Shown here in pieces: positions 1 through 9,666 of a stretch of DNA of 64,000 nucleotides. The notes under the pieces were generated by a model. That model saw only the letters and a program-made list of their open reading frames with translations. It did not search any database and had not been told where the DNA came from. The position numbers were made by a program, and so were the translations under genes. The DNA is from Chitinophaga pinensis (GTDB taxonomy: Bacteria; Bacteroidota; Bacteroidia; Chitinophagales; UBA10324). Each line of letters opens with the position of its first letter. Position 1 is the first letter of the stretch. The stretch is from assembly GCA_945892775.1 (NCBI GenBank), contig CAMDDP010000003.1, positions 9,432-73,431 of the forward strand, written 5' to 3'.

Positions 1-270
1 GAAATTGAAAGTTCAGTTTCATTTCTAGTAAAACAGGATAGATTCTTTTTGGTGCTGAATAAAAAAATAGATATTGCTCAGGAAAAAATCAGGTTAGAAA
101 AAGATTTGCAACATCAACAAGGATTTTTAAATTCAGTAATGGTAAAACTCAGTAATGCAAAATTTGTTGCCAATGCAAAAGCGGAAGTATTAGAAAAAGA
201 AAACCAAAAGAAAGCAGATGCAGAGAGCAAAATAAAATCACTGGAAGAGCAGCTTTCAAAACTTAATTAA
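1..270 (+). CDS. valS: valyl-tRNA synthetase, C-terminal fragment (5' end outside window)
   Basis: Frame 1 is open from base 1 to TAA at 268-270. The tail 'KLSNAKFVANAKAEVLEKENQK...LEEQLSKL' fits the ValRS C-terminal coiled-coil pattern as I recall it. Confidence 0.7.
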   Translation, partial: EIESSVSFLVKQDRFFLVLNKKIDIAQEKIRLEKDLQHQQGFLNSVMVKLSNAKFVANAKAEVLEKENQKKADAESKIKSLEEQLSKLN

Positions 271-271
271 T

Positions 272-790
272 ATGCGATCAGTTTCTCTATTGATATTAAT
301 TCTTTCACTTGCATTTATTTCAAATGCTCAGCAGATTTTAATGCTCCAGCGAAAAAGCAATCCACGAAATTTTTTGGTTGTTCCAACTCCTAAAGAAGTT
401 AAACTCAAACTTTGTAATGGCAAGATTTTAAAAGGCACATTAACCGCTATTGAAAAAAACGAATTTGTTTTAGATGGCAGTGCATCATTTCCATTTGATT
501 CCGTTCAGTTTTTTTATTTCTACAATCCGAACACTTATAAATATTTGATTGGAAGCTTTACAGGAATTTCTTTCATGGCGAGTACACTTTTAACCTTAGC
601 TATTGCTAGTAACGACAGAGCCATGCTTCAAATTGGAGAAATTTTACCGGTTTTAGTATTTATTGATGTGATATATTTCACTACTTCTTACCTTACATTA
701 AACCTCAAAAGAAGAGTAGATTTAAGAAATTGGAACAAAATTATGGTAAATTCGTCCGAAGGAAAGAATATGCGTTTTCACATGGAATAG
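272..790 (+). CDS. hypothetical protein with signal peptide and two predicted TM helices
   Basis: ATG ORF of 172 aa. N-terminus 'MRSVSLLILILSLAFISNAQQ' looks like a signal peptide, with hydrophobic stretches near aa 95-150. No recognisable family. Confidence 0.5.
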   Translation: MRSVSLLILILSLAFISNAQQILMLQRKSNPRNFLVVPTPKEVKLKLCNGKILKGTLTAIEKNEFVLDGSASFPFDSVQFFYFYNPNTYKYLIGSFTGISFMASTLLTLAIASNDRAMLQIGEILPVLVFIDVIYFTTSYLTLNLKRRVDLRNWNKIMVNSSEGKNMRFHME

Positions 791-895
791 GTTCTTAAAA
801 ACTATTTATTTTAAAAATAACAAGGAATAATTTTCAAATATCAAAAATACTTTTACCTTCATTCCGAAATTAATAACCAAACCCCCAATTTTACT

Positions 896-1081
896 ATGAA
901 CCGATTAGAAGAAATCAGAACCTTTCTTGCTTCTACAGAAGAAGATTTTCGCAAGTTTTATGAGAAAGAAAATAATGCTGCAGGTACCAGAGCCCGCAAA
1001 CACATGCAAGAATTGAAAAAAATGGCGAATACTATAAGAACTGAAATTCAAGAAAAGAAGGAAGCTCTTAAAGGGAAATAA
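896..1081 (+). CDS. small Lys/Glu-rich histone H1-like DNA-binding protein
   Basis: 61-aa ORF. 'FRKFYEKENNAAGTRARKHMQELKKMANTIRTEI' matches the short histone-H1-like proteins common in Bacteroidota. A strong terminator follows. Confidence 0.6.
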   Translation: MNRLEEIRTFLASTEEDFRKFYEKENNAAGTRARKHMQELKKMANTIRTEIQEKKEALKGK

Positions 1082-1100
1082 GCTCTTTTTAGAAGAATAA

Positions 1101-1139
1101 AAAAATCCTCTACAGTAAATTCCGTAGAGGATTTTTTTT
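1101..1139 (+). terminator. rho-independent terminator
   Basis: Arm 'aaaaatcctctac' (1101-1113) is the exact reverse complement of 'gtagaggattttt' (1124-1136), so the core stem atcctctac/gtagaggat is perfect and extendable into the flanking A/T runs. A T-run follows. Confidence 0.75.
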
Positions 1140-1181
1140 GCCCCTATTTTTTCAATCGTTACAATGTCCTTTATTTGAAAG

Positions 1182-2228
1182 ATGAAATACTTTAAAATAG
1201 TCTTATTAGTTTTTCTTTTTCCTACACATCAAACAACCGCACAACATTTTATTCCAGGTAATTATTTTTATCCTGCTTTTGAAAAAGGTAAGTACGGATA
1301 TATAAACAACACCGGGCAATGGATAATTAAACCTGCCTTTGAATCATGTGACTATTTTTATGAAGGCAAAGCAATTGCAAAAGAAAAAGACAAATACGGA
1401 TTCATTGATTTAAAAGGAGAATGGATTACAAAACCGAAATATGATTCGGTTAAACATTTTTCAGAAGGGTTTGCAGCCGTTGCAACTTATAATGAAGATC
1501 GACATCTAATCTGGGATTTTATTGATACAACAGGAAATCATTTAGATATTAAAGTTCCAGCTTTATCCAGTCTGGCAAACTTTCATACTGGAATGTCAAT
1601 AGGAACCGAAGATGGTTTTTTAGGTTGTCATTTCTTCAATACAAAAGGTGAAATAGCTTTTGAAGCAAAAGATTTTTATCTAGATGAAAACAAAACAGCT
1701 GAATTCTCAGAAGGATTACTTCATGTTTTTTTTGGCGATTATCGGTCAACATTTATTGATACCTTAGGTAACAATTGGGGCAATGGCGATTTTGAAAGCT
1801 GTGGAGACTTTCATGACGGCATGGCTTGGTTTCAAGAATCAACAATGTTTGGATATTTCAACACTTCGGGTGAAAAAGTTATTCCTGCAGTATACGATAG
1901 TGTTGGAAATTTTTCAGAAGGAATTGCATTGGTAAAAGTAAAAATGAAATATGAGTCAAATGCGATGAAGATGATTGATGGATTAGTTCAGTATATTAAT
2001 AAAGAAGGGGATAAAATTGCTTCACCTATTTATACAAATGGAACTGAATTTTCAGATGGTTATGCCTTTGTAAAATACAACGGTTTGTATGGGTTCATTG
2101 ATAAAGAAGGGAAAGTGGCTATTGACTATCAATATGAAACAGGTTTTAATTTTTTTAGAGGATTAGCATATGTGAAAAAAGATAATCATTGGGAATACAT
2201 TAATACAAAGGGGAAAAAAATATTTTAA
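1182..2228 (+). CDS. WG-repeat (KWG-type) containing secreted protein
   Basis: Repeated units 'KYGYINNTGQWIIKPAFES', 'KYGFIDLKGEWITKPKYDS', 'LYGFIDKEGKVAIDYQYE' and 'WEYINTKGKKIF', plus an N-terminal signal peptide. Confidence 0.75.
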   Translation: MKYFKIVLLVFLFPTHQTTAQHFIPGNYFYPAFEKGKYGYINNTGQWIIKPAFESCDYFYEGKAIAKEKDKYGFIDLKGEWITKPKYDSVKHFSEGFAAVATYNEDRHLIWDFIDTTGNHLDIKVPALSSLANFHTGMSIGTEDGFLGCHFFNTKGEIAFEAKDFYLDENKTAEFSEGLLHVFFGDYRSTFIDTLGNNWGNGDFESCGDFHDGMAWFQESTMFGYFNTSGEKVIPAVYDSVGNFSEGIALVKVKMKYESNAMKMIDGLVQYINKEGDKIASPIYTNGTEFSDGYAFVKYNGLYGFIDKEGKVAIDYQYETGFNFFRGLAYVKKDNHWEYINTKGKKIF

Positions 2229-2250
2229 ATATATTTACCTATAAAATTAA

Positions 2251-2283
2251 AGAGGCCACTTAGTTTCACACTAAGCGACCTCT
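2251..2283. terminator. hairpin between convergent genes (possible bidirectional terminator)
   Basis: Stem 'agaggccacttagt'/'actaagcgacctct' (12 of 14 pairs) with loop 'ttcac', followed by a T-run at 2285-2290. Confidence 0.5.
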
Positions 2284-2302
2284 ATTTTTTGAAACGAAAA
2301 AA

Positions 2303-3097
2303 CTATTTAATTACATTTAATTTATACCCGTCAACAGATTTATTGTTGCAAATCATTTTAACAAGATAATTTCCTGAAGAAAATTCATTCAGATTTAAAG
2401 TAATAACATGACCCCCAGCTTCAGTAGCTCCAAGGTCAATATTTTTTACTACTTGACCAAGCATATTTACAATTTCCAGTTCCACTTTTGATTGATCAGC
2501 TAGTTGTAATGCAACCATTACATTTTCAGTTGCTGGGTTCGGAGCAATTACATCGATGCCTGAAAACTGATATTCACGAGGATTACTGACACCAACTGTA
2601 GCAGCGCAATTGCTTACATAAGAATCAAATCCTGTTGCAGAAGGTGGGTAATTAATATCCCAATATATATTTCCATTAGGGCAAACCAATGAATAAGTTG
2701 GCCACCCGCTCCAATTAAAATTTGACTGAAATGTTGCAGTTACAGAATTACCACTTCCTCCACTACCACTAGCACATGGGTTTGTTACAGCATATTGAAT
2801 TTTATAAGCATCAACTTCCGCATCTGAATCTCCATTATCAATTCCCCAGACTTGAAGACTTCCGTTACCTGATCCATTGGCTGTATAAAACTGATCAATA
2901 ATTGGGGCATACTGAATACAATAACCGCATGTTGTAAAAAAGAAATCAAGTAAAACAGTTTTCCCTTGATTTAATGTTGTTGATAACACCCGATTTACTC
3001 CATCAGTTGTTTTAATTGTAAAATCAGGGCATTGAGTCTGAGCCGATGCATTTAAAATCATAAAAGCGCCAACAAAAATAAGCAGTAAATTTTTCAT
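2303..3097 (-). CDS. thioredoxin-fold (TlpA/redoxin-like) protein with T9SS C-terminal sorting domain
   Basis: Signal peptide. 'GKTVLLDFFFTTCGYCIQYAP' carries a CxxC redoxin motif. The C-terminal ~80 aa ('APNPATENVMV...GNYLVKMICNNKSVDGYKLNVIK') fit the Por/T9SS type-A CTD. Confidence 0.7.
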   Translation of the reverse strand: MKNLLLIFVGAFMILNASAQTQCPDFTIKTTDGVNRVLSTTLNQGKTVLLDFFFTTCGYCIQYAPIIDQFYTANGSGNGSLQVWGIDNGDSDAEVDAYKIQYAVTNPCASGSGGSGNSVTATFQSNFNWSGWPTYSLVCPNGNIYWDINYPPSATGFDSYVSNCAATVGVSNPREYQFSGIDVIAPNPATENVMVALQLADQSKVELEIVNMLGQVVKNIDLGATEAGGHVITLNLNEFSSGNYLVKMICNNKSVDGYKLNVIK

Positions 3098-3153
3098 GAA
3101 TAGTTTGTTCTATTCAAAGATAAACTAAATAAATAGCCTTGCAATTATTCCCC

Positions 3154-4008
3154 TTATTTAAATAAATATCTTTTACAAGTAGAACCAGCAATTTGTAACA
3201 CATAAATTCCTGTTGGTGTATCAGAAGCCAAATCAAAAAAAAATTCTTTAGAATTAGAATAGGCAGGTTTTATATCGCTTACAATCTGACCAAATGTATT
3301 TATAAGTTTTGCATCACAAATTATATTTTGATTGCTTGAGGTTTCAATTGAATTGCTATTTAAGTACATCACTCTTTCAAAATCACTTTGTAAAAACGAA
3401 TGTGTTTCGAAAATTTCTATATCCGAATATACTGACCCCGTCAAATCTGTTTCCTTACAATAAGAACTTACAGAAACTTCATATTCAGAATAGGGTGTCA
3501 AATTATTGATTCGCAAGAAACTGTTTTGTGTAAAATAAATCTTGCTATCAATACTCCCTACTTCCTGAACTTTCACTTCGTACTTGAAAGACCCATTTTC
3601 ATCCCAATTTACAAACACATAATCCAATCCACTTTGAACCATTGTTAATTCTTGTGGTGCTTTGCAGGAAGAAAAGGTTGTAAAATCAGCGCCATTAACA
3701 AAGAATAATTTTTCTTTTTTTTTCTTGTTTACACATCTAACCTCCCACATGTAAATGCTGCTAGGCTTTAAATTATTTATTCGACGGTTGGTACTTGGTG
3801 CAAGAACGATAAAGTCACTCCAAATCGCATCGTTAATTTCCTTCATTCGAACATCATAAGATTCATCATCAACACTTCCTGTCCAAGTTAATTTTACTTG
3901 AGTTGGGCTTAATACCTCCACTTTCATATCAAAAGGCTGAGCGGTTGTAGTTTGTATAATACTTTGGTAAATAAAAGCGAAAAAAATAAGAGTATAAATA
4001 TTTTTCAT
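3154..4008 (-). CDS. fibronectin type III repeat protein with T9SS C-terminal sorting domain
   Basis: Signal peptide. Two FN3-like modules ('VLSPTQVKLTWTGS...YMWEVRCV' and 'DYVFVNWDE...YEVSVSSYC'). C-terminal 'GIYVLQIAGSTCKRYLFK' is typical of a T9SS CTD. Confidence 0.65.
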   Translation of the reverse strand: MKNIYTLIFFAFIYQSIIQTTTAQPFDMKVEVLSPTQVKLTWTGSVDDESYDVRMKEINDAIWSDFIVLAPSTNRRINNLKPSSIYMWEVRCVNKKKKEKLFFVNGADFTTFSSCKAPQELTMVQSGLDYVFVNWDENGSFKYEVKVQEVGSIDSKIYFTQNSFLRINNLTPYSEYEVSVSSYCKETDLTGSVYSDIEIFETHSFLQSDFERVMYLNSNSIETSSNQNIICDAKLINTFGQIVSDIKPAYSNSKEFFFDLASDTPTGIYVLQIAGSTCKRYLFK

Positions 4009-4051
4009 ATGATTTCCTTTTTCTGGGAAATCATTATTACTCTATATTTTA

Positions 4052-4085
4052 CAAAAAGTTCACCTTTGTCAGAGGCGAAAGTGAA
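4052..4085 (-). terminator. rho-independent terminator downstream of the acyl-CoA dehydrogenase gene
   Basis: On the minus strand: stem ttcacttt/aaaggtgaa (one bulged base) followed by 'cttttt'. Confidence 0.5.
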
Positions 4086-4090
4086 GCCCC

Positions 4091-5269
4091 TTATTTAAAC
4101 GCATTAATACCAGTAACATCCATTCCAGTAATCAATAAATGTATGTCATGCGTTCCTTCATAAGTAACTACTGATTCAAGGTTCATCATATGACGCATAA
4201 TTGAATACTCACCTGTAATTCCCATTCCACCATGAATTTGTCTTGCTTCACGAGACACATTCAAGGCTGTTTCAACACTATTTCTTTTTGCCATGCTGAT
4301 TTGTGCGGGGGTTGCACGGTTATCATTTTTTAAAACTCCCAATCGCCAAACCAATAATTGGCCCTTTGTAATTTCAGTAATCATTTCAGCTAATTTTTTT
4401 TGTGTAAGCTGAAACCCACCAATTGGTTTACCAAATTGAATTCGTTGCTGTGAATATCGCAAAGCTGAATCATAACAGTCCATAGCTGCACCTAATGCGC
4501 CCCAAGCAATTCCGTATCGTGCACTACTTAAACAACTTAAAGGCCCTTTCAATCCTTTTACATTTGGAAGTATATTTTCTTTGGGGACTTTAACATTATC
4601 AAAAACTAATTCGCCGGTTGCAGATGCACGAAGCGACCACTTGCCGTGCGTTTCAGGTGTTGTAAACCCAGGCATACCGCGTTCAACAATTAAACCACGA
4701 ATATCGCCTTGTTCGTCTTTTGCCCATACCACTGCAATGTCAGCAAAAGGCGAATTACTGATCCACATTTTTGCACCGTTCAAAATAACATGATCATTCT
4801 GTGATTTAAAATTAGTAATCATGCTTGATGGATCTGAACCATGGTCAGGTTCGGTTAAACCAAAACAACCCATTAATTCTCCTTTAGCCAGTTTGGGCAA
4901 GTATTTATTCTTTTGATCCTCACTTCCAAAAGCATAAATCGGATACATTACTAACGACCCTTGAACCGAAGCAGTTGAGCGAATTCCTGAATCGCATCTT
5001 TCTAATTCTTGCATTATTATTCCATAAGAAATATAATCAAGACCAGCACCACCATATTCAACAGGTATAGTAGGACCAAACGCTCCAATTTCTGCTAACC
5101 CTGGGATCAAATGCTTAGGAAATTCAGCTCGTTGGGCATAATCCTCAATAATTGGCGAACAATTTTCCTTAACCCAAGCCCTTGCTGTATCACGAATTAA
5201 CTTATGTTCATCTGTTAAAAATTCATCAAGTAAATAATAGTCAGGATGTTGGTATTGGTCTTTATACAT
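4091..5269 (-). CDS. gcdH: acyl-CoA dehydrogenase, glutaryl-CoA dehydrogenase-like
   Basis: 'GCFGLTEPDHGSDP', 'ARQIHGGMGIT' and the C-terminal 'YEGTHDIHLLITGMDVTGINAF' match the glutaryl-CoA dehydrogenase pattern. I chose the ATG at 5269 (MYKDQYQHPDYYLLDE...); the ORF extends to 5314. Confidence 0.8.
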   Translation of the reverse strand: MYKDQYQHPDYYLLDEFLTDEHKLIRDTARAWVKENCSPIIEDYAQRAEFPKHLIPGLAEIGAFGPTIPVEYGGAGLDYISYGIIMQELERCDSGIRSTASVQGSLVMYPIYAFGSEDQKNKYLPKLAKGELMGCFGLTEPDHGSDPSSMITNFKSQNDHVILNGAKMWISNSPFADIAVVWAKDEQGDIRGLIVERGMPGFTTPETHGKWSLRASATGELVFDNVKVPKENILPNVKGLKGPLSCLSSARYGIAWGALGAAMDCYDSALRYSQQRIQFGKPIGGFQLTQKKLAEMITEITKGQLLVWRLGVLKNDNRATPAQISMAKRNSVETALNVSREARQIHGGMGITGEYSIMRHMMNLESVVTYEGTHDIHLLITGMDVTGINAFK

Positions 5270-5413
5270 TGTCTTTAATTTATTATGGGACAAAAATAGA
5301 CTTGATTTCATCATGCGACAATTAAAGGTGACGAATAATAAAAAATATTTTTTTTAAAAATGGATACCAAATAAACTCTAAAGAACATATATTGTACTTA
5401 CAAAAATGAGTTT

Positions 5414-5761
5414 ATGATAATAAGTCTTGAAGGAATAAAGTTTCACTCCCCCATTGGTTTTTATGAAGAAGAGCAAGTTATAGGCAACGAAATTTTAATT
5501 GACCTTGAAGTAGAACTAAACTTATCTGTGCAAACAAATGACCAATTGGCGAGAACAATTAATTATGAGACGCTATATGAAATATGTAAAAAAACATCGC
5601 AAAAACCATTTCGACTTATTGAAACTTATTGCACAGAAATAATAAACATGATTATTCTTCAACTTCGGGTAAACAGAATAAAAATTAAAGTATCAAAATT
5701 AAATCCAATGTTAGAGGGGGCAGTTGAAAAGGCTAGTGTGACTATGGAAAGAATTCTGTAA
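5414..5761 (+). CDS. folB: dihydroneopterin aldolase
   Basis: 115 aa. 'GIKFHSPIGFYEEEQVIGNEILIDLEV...INYETLYEI' fits the FolB family pattern and size. Confidence 0.7.
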   Translation: MIISLEGIKFHSPIGFYEEEQVIGNEILIDLEVELNLSVQTNDQLARTINYETLYEICKKTSQKPFRLIETYCTEIINMIILQLRVNRIKIKVSKLNPMLEGAVEKASVTMERIL

Positions 5762-7700
5762 AATCAATTGCTTTTTGCTTTAACATCTCAATATAGCTAG
5801 CATTTATATTGACCCCATATTGTTGAGCCGTTAAAACATCTTGTAGTGCCAACTCAAATTGATTTCTACTAAAATTAATCTCTGCACGAAGCGCATATAA
5901 ATTTCCAGCTAAAGGTGAATATTGAATTGCGATGTTAGCATCGATAAATGCTTCATTATACTTTTTGAGTTTCATATAACTGCGAGCACGATTTCCATAA
6001 CAATCAAAATACGCAGGATTAATTTCAATGGCTTTTGAGTAGGCCCAAATTGCACTGTCAACTTGTCCTTTCATATCTAATAAATTTCCAAGATTACCAT
6101 AAGCATTTGCATTATTCGGTTCAGTTTTTAAAACCATTTTGAAATCATGAAAAGCTGAATCATACTTTTTACCCACGCTATAAGCAATCCCACGATTCAT
6201 AAAAGCCCCTGGATATTCAGGATTATATTTTATTGCGTTGCCACAATCATCAATGGCTTCTCTAATTTTTCCTTGCACTCTGAAAATATCTGATCGATTA
6301 ATTAATGCTTCGGGATAATTCTTTTGCAAGTTAATTGCTTTATTAAATTGATTAAGTGCTTCATCCAACATATTACTTTTCTGATAATAACTTCCAAGGT
6401 TATTGTGTGCAACTGGAACATAATTGTACTTTTCAATTGTATCCAACCACAACGACTCACTATTCTTCCAAATAGAAATTCTATCCATTGCAATACTGCT
6501 TTGCATAATAATGATTAAAATAATTAACACAGAAAAAAGTTGCTTGTACCTATTCTTTATGGAATTATTTTTTTGCACCCAATCAAATAAATATGCAAAC
6601 AGAAAAAATAATCCGAGGTAAGCAAGGTAAGTATATCGGTCAGCCATGATTGCAGCACCAACAGGGAGAATTTGAAGAATAAGAGCCACATTCACTAAAA
6701 AAAATCCTAGCCCAAAAATCACCACTCTGTTTTTTCTGAATTTAAAAACCACAGTAATTGCAATTAATAAAAGAAGTATTGGCGAAGTCCAAATTAACCA
6801 ACTATAGCCATTTCCTTTTAACGGGTAAGGATAAAATGCCGAAAGTGGGTACGCAACAATTGATTTATAGATATAACTGAAAAGAGAATAAGTGGCAAAC
6901 AATATTTTCTCCGGGAAAGTATAAAAGGGAATGTCAGCAATTGATTTACTCAATGATTGTGCTTTCACTGCTAATAATCCAAATGCAATTGACAAAATAA
7001 AGTATGGAATTTTTTCATTGAATACCTTCCACTCCCATTTTCTTTTTTGGAGATAATCAATTCCTAACAAAACAACTGGAAGTGTGACTGCCTGACCTTT
7101 TGATAACAACGACAAAATGAAAATAAAAATACAAAGCGAATAAGTCAGCACTGATTTGCTTTTTAAATAAAACAAGTAAGCGCATAAACTCATTATGTAG
7201 AAACTTACATACATCAAATCTTTTCGCTCCGAAATCCATGCAACTGATTCGGTATGCGCAGGATGAATGGCAAAAAATGCAGAAACAATTGTAGCCATCC
7301 ATGCTGAATTCATTAACATTAAAATGAAAAAGAAAACCAAAATCGTATTGAGCAAATGAAATAATAAAGCGGTTAGGTGATACCCTTGTGCTTCATCACC
7401 AAACATTTTCCAATCGAGTGCAAGAGAGAGCATCGGAAGTGGATGGTAGTTTCCCATTACTTGAGAAGTAGTAAAAAACTGAGAAAAAGTATTTGCGTTT
7501 AAATTTTTTGTTAAATCATTATCTAATACATAGCCTCTGTCGTCCCAATTAGTCCAATCATTTTTTAATGAAGGATAATAAATAAATATCGTTAGCAATA
7601 AAACAAAAGGTAACAAAACCCATTTCAGATTTTTGCTTCCTGTTTTTTCAAGCGGTGACTTTTTTATTTCTTCCGCTCTTTTCTTCTGCTTTTTTTTCAT
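5742..7700 (-). CDS. polytopic membrane protein with C-terminal TPR repeats (PMT/GT39-like N-terminal region)
   Basis: About 10 hydrophobic helices in the N-terminal 420 aa, then repeated TPR units ('AHNNLGSYYQKSNMLDEALNQFNKAINLQKNYPEA...'). ATG at 7700; the ORF-track start at 7715 is TTG. Confidence 0.65.
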   Translation of the reverse strand: MKKKQKKRAEEIKKSPLEKTGSKNLKWVLLPFVLLLTIFIYYPSLKNDWTNWDDRGYVLDNDLTKNLNANTFSQFFTTSQVMGNYHPLPMLSLALDWKMFGDEAQGYHLTALLFHLLNTILVFFFILMLMNSAWMATIVSAFFAIHPAHTESVAWISERKDLMYVSFYIMSLCAYLFYLKSKSVLTYSLCIFIFILSLLSKGQAVTLPVVLLGIDYLQKRKWEWKVFNEKIPYFILSIAFGLLAVKAQSLSKSIADIPFYTFPEKILFATYSLFSYIYKSIVAYPLSAFYPYPLKGNGYSWLIWTSPILLLLIAITVVFKFRKNRVVIFGLGFFLVNVALILQILPVGAAIMADRYTYLAYLGLFFLFAYLFDWVQKNNSIKNRYKQLFSVLIILIIIMQSSIAMDRISIWKNSESLWLDTIEKYNYVPVAHNNLGSYYQKSNMLDEALNQFNKAINLQKNYPEALINRSDIFRVQGKIREAIDDCGNAIKYNPEYPGAFMNRGIAYSVGKKYDSAFHDFKMVLKTEPNNANAYGNLGNLLDMKGQVDSAIWAYSKAIEINPAYFDCYGNRARSYMKLKKYNEAFIDANIAIQYSPLAGNLYALRAEINFSRNQFELALQDVLTAQQYGVNINASYIEMLKQKAIDFTEFFP

Positions 7701-7922
7701 ATTGATAAAACACAAAAATAAATTGAAGATGAATAGAAAAAATATAAAACTTAATTTATTATTCTTTTACTAAAAAAAATCACCTTTCAATTCATTGAAA
7801 AAATGAGGATATAAAAGTCGCCGTAATGAAATAAAATCATTCCAACTTTCTTTTGTGAATTTGTTTTACCCATCACACCACTCCCATCATTATTTTCAAC
7901 TTTGAATAAAAAGCCTTCTGCA

Positions 7923-9617
7923 ATGACATTTTCAAGTTTTCCATATAACAGACCCGATTTTGTTCTTTTTAAAAAAGAATTCCTACAACTCATTAATTCA
8001 TTTCAAATAAGCAGTGATATTAATGAACTAAAGAAAATATTTTCAGAAGTTTACACTATGCGCCGCAGTTTTGATACTGCCATGACATTGGTTTCTATAA
8101 GAAACAGCGTAGATACTTCTAATGCCTTTTATGAAAAAGAACAAGAATTTATTGATGACATTGAACCGATGTATCGTGATCTTGTCATGCAATTTTACAA
8201 AATTCTTATTGAGTCAGCGCAAAGAATTGAATTAGAAAATATTTATGGAAAACAATTATTCCTATTGGCAGAATTAAGTATAAAAACTTTTTCAACTGAA
8301 ATTATTGAAGACTTACAAAAGGAAAATCAACTCACTACTGAATACACCAAGTTACTGGCTTCAGCAAAAATTGAATTTAAAGGAAACACATACAACCTGA
8401 GCGGATTGGTTCCTTTTAAACAAGCAGAAGATAGAAATACAAGAAAAGAATCGCATACAAAATCTGATAATTGGTTTTCAGAAAATCATGTTCGGCTCGA
8501 TGAAATTTTTGATGAGTTGGTGAAACTGCGTCACAAAATGGCTATCAAACTGGGATACAAAAATTTTGTGGAATTGGGTTATGCAAGAATGCAACGAGTA
8601 GATTACAACCAACAAATGGTTGCGACTTTTCGAAACAATGTATTAAAATTTTTAGTGCCAGTAGCCACTCAGCTCAAAAATCGACAAAGTAAACGGCTTG
8701 AACTTTCAGAATTAAAATATTATGATGAAGGCATTGATTTTAAAAGCGGAAATGCAAAACCGCATGGAAATTCTGATTGGATTGTAAATCATGCTACAAC
8801 TATGTATGATGAATTATCAAAAGAAACAGGAGAGTTTTTTCATTTCATGATCGACTCCGAATTGATGGATCTGGTTAACAAACCAAATAAAGCAGGCGGT
8901 GGTTATTGTACTTATCTATCTTCGTACAAAGCACCATACATTTTTAGCAACTTCAATGGCACTTCGCATGACATTGATGTGTTAACGCATGAGGCAGGCC
9001 ATGCATTTCAAGCCTACCGTAGTCGAAATCTTTCTGTTGACGAATATCTATCTCCCACATTGGAAGCATGTGAAATTCACAGTATGAGTATGGAATTGAT
9101 GACCTGGCCATGGATGGAAAAATATTTTGAAGAACAGACCGATAAATATAAATACGCTCATCTCACACATGCACTAATGTTCATTCCTTATGGCGTTGCT
9201 GTAGATGAATTTCAACATTTTATTTATGAAAATCCAGATGCCAATCCCATAGATAGAAATCGGGCTTGGAGAAATATTGAGAAGAAATATCTACCACTTC
9301 GTAATTATGATGGCAATCAATATTTAGAAAATGGTGGTTTTTGGCAACGACAAATGCACATCTATCGTTCACCTTTTTATTATATTGATTATACACTTGC
9401 ACAAATTTGTGCTTTTCAATTTTGGAAAAAATCAAGAGAAGATCTTTCAAGTGCAATGAAAGATTACATCACGCTTTGCGATGCCGGTGGAAGCATGTCA
9501 TTTTTGAAATTAGTAGAACTTGCTAAAATAAACTCTCCTTTCGAAGAATCAACCATCCAACAAGTAATTGCCGAAGCAAATAATTGGCTAAAAGAGGTTG
9601 ATGACATGAAATTGTAA
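7923..9617 (+). CDS. M3 family oligoendopeptidase (PepF-like)
   Basis: Zinc motif 'HEAGHAF' with a downstream 'E' ('LEACEIHSMSME'). N-terminus 'MTFSSFPYNRPDF' is typical of PepF-type M3B peptidases. ATG at 7923 is preferred over TTG at 7902. Confidence 0.8.
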   Translation: MTFSSFPYNRPDFVLFKKEFLQLINSFQISSDINELKKIFSEVYTMRRSFDTAMTLVSIRNSVDTSNAFYEKEQEFIDDIEPMYRDLVMQFYKILIESAQRIELENIYGKQLFLLAELSIKTFSTEIIEDLQKENQLTTEYTKLLASAKIEFKGNTYNLSGLVPFKQAEDRNTRKESHTKSDNWFSENHVRLDEIFDELVKLRHKMAIKLGYKNFVELGYARMQRVDYNQQMVATFRNNVLKFLVPVATQLKNRQSKRLELSELKYYDEGIDFKSGNAKPHGNSDWIVNHATTMYDELSKETGEFFHFMIDSELMDLVNKPNKAGGGYCTYLSSYKAPYIFSNFNGTSHDIDVLTHEAGHAFQAYRSRNLSVDEYLSPTLEACEIHSMSMELMTWPWMEKYFEEQTDKYKYAHLTHALMFIPYGVAVDEFQHFIYENPDANPIDRNRAWRNIEKKYLPLRNYDGNQYLENGGFWQRQMHIYRSPFYYIDYTLAQICAFQFWKKSREDLSSAMKDYITLCDAGGSMSFLKLVELAKINSPFEESTIQQVIAEANNWLKEVDDMKL

Positions 9618-9639
9618 TTTAAAATATGAAAATGCTGTT

Positions 9640-9647
9640 TAGGTTTG
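9640..9647 (+). promoter_or_regulatory. candidate Bacteroidota -7 promoter box (TAggTTTG) for fabI
   Basis: Exact TAnnTTTG match 19 nt upstream of the fabI ATG. No well-spaced -33 TTG. Confidence 0.35.
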
Positions 9648-9666
9648 TGACCAATCAAATTTTATT

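Noticed and set aside
5742-5761. 20-bp convergent overlap between the folB stop and the TPR-membrane-protein stop
   Set aside because: Short convergent 3' overlaps are common in compact genomes, and both ORFs look intact. Nothing suggests a frameshift or fusion.
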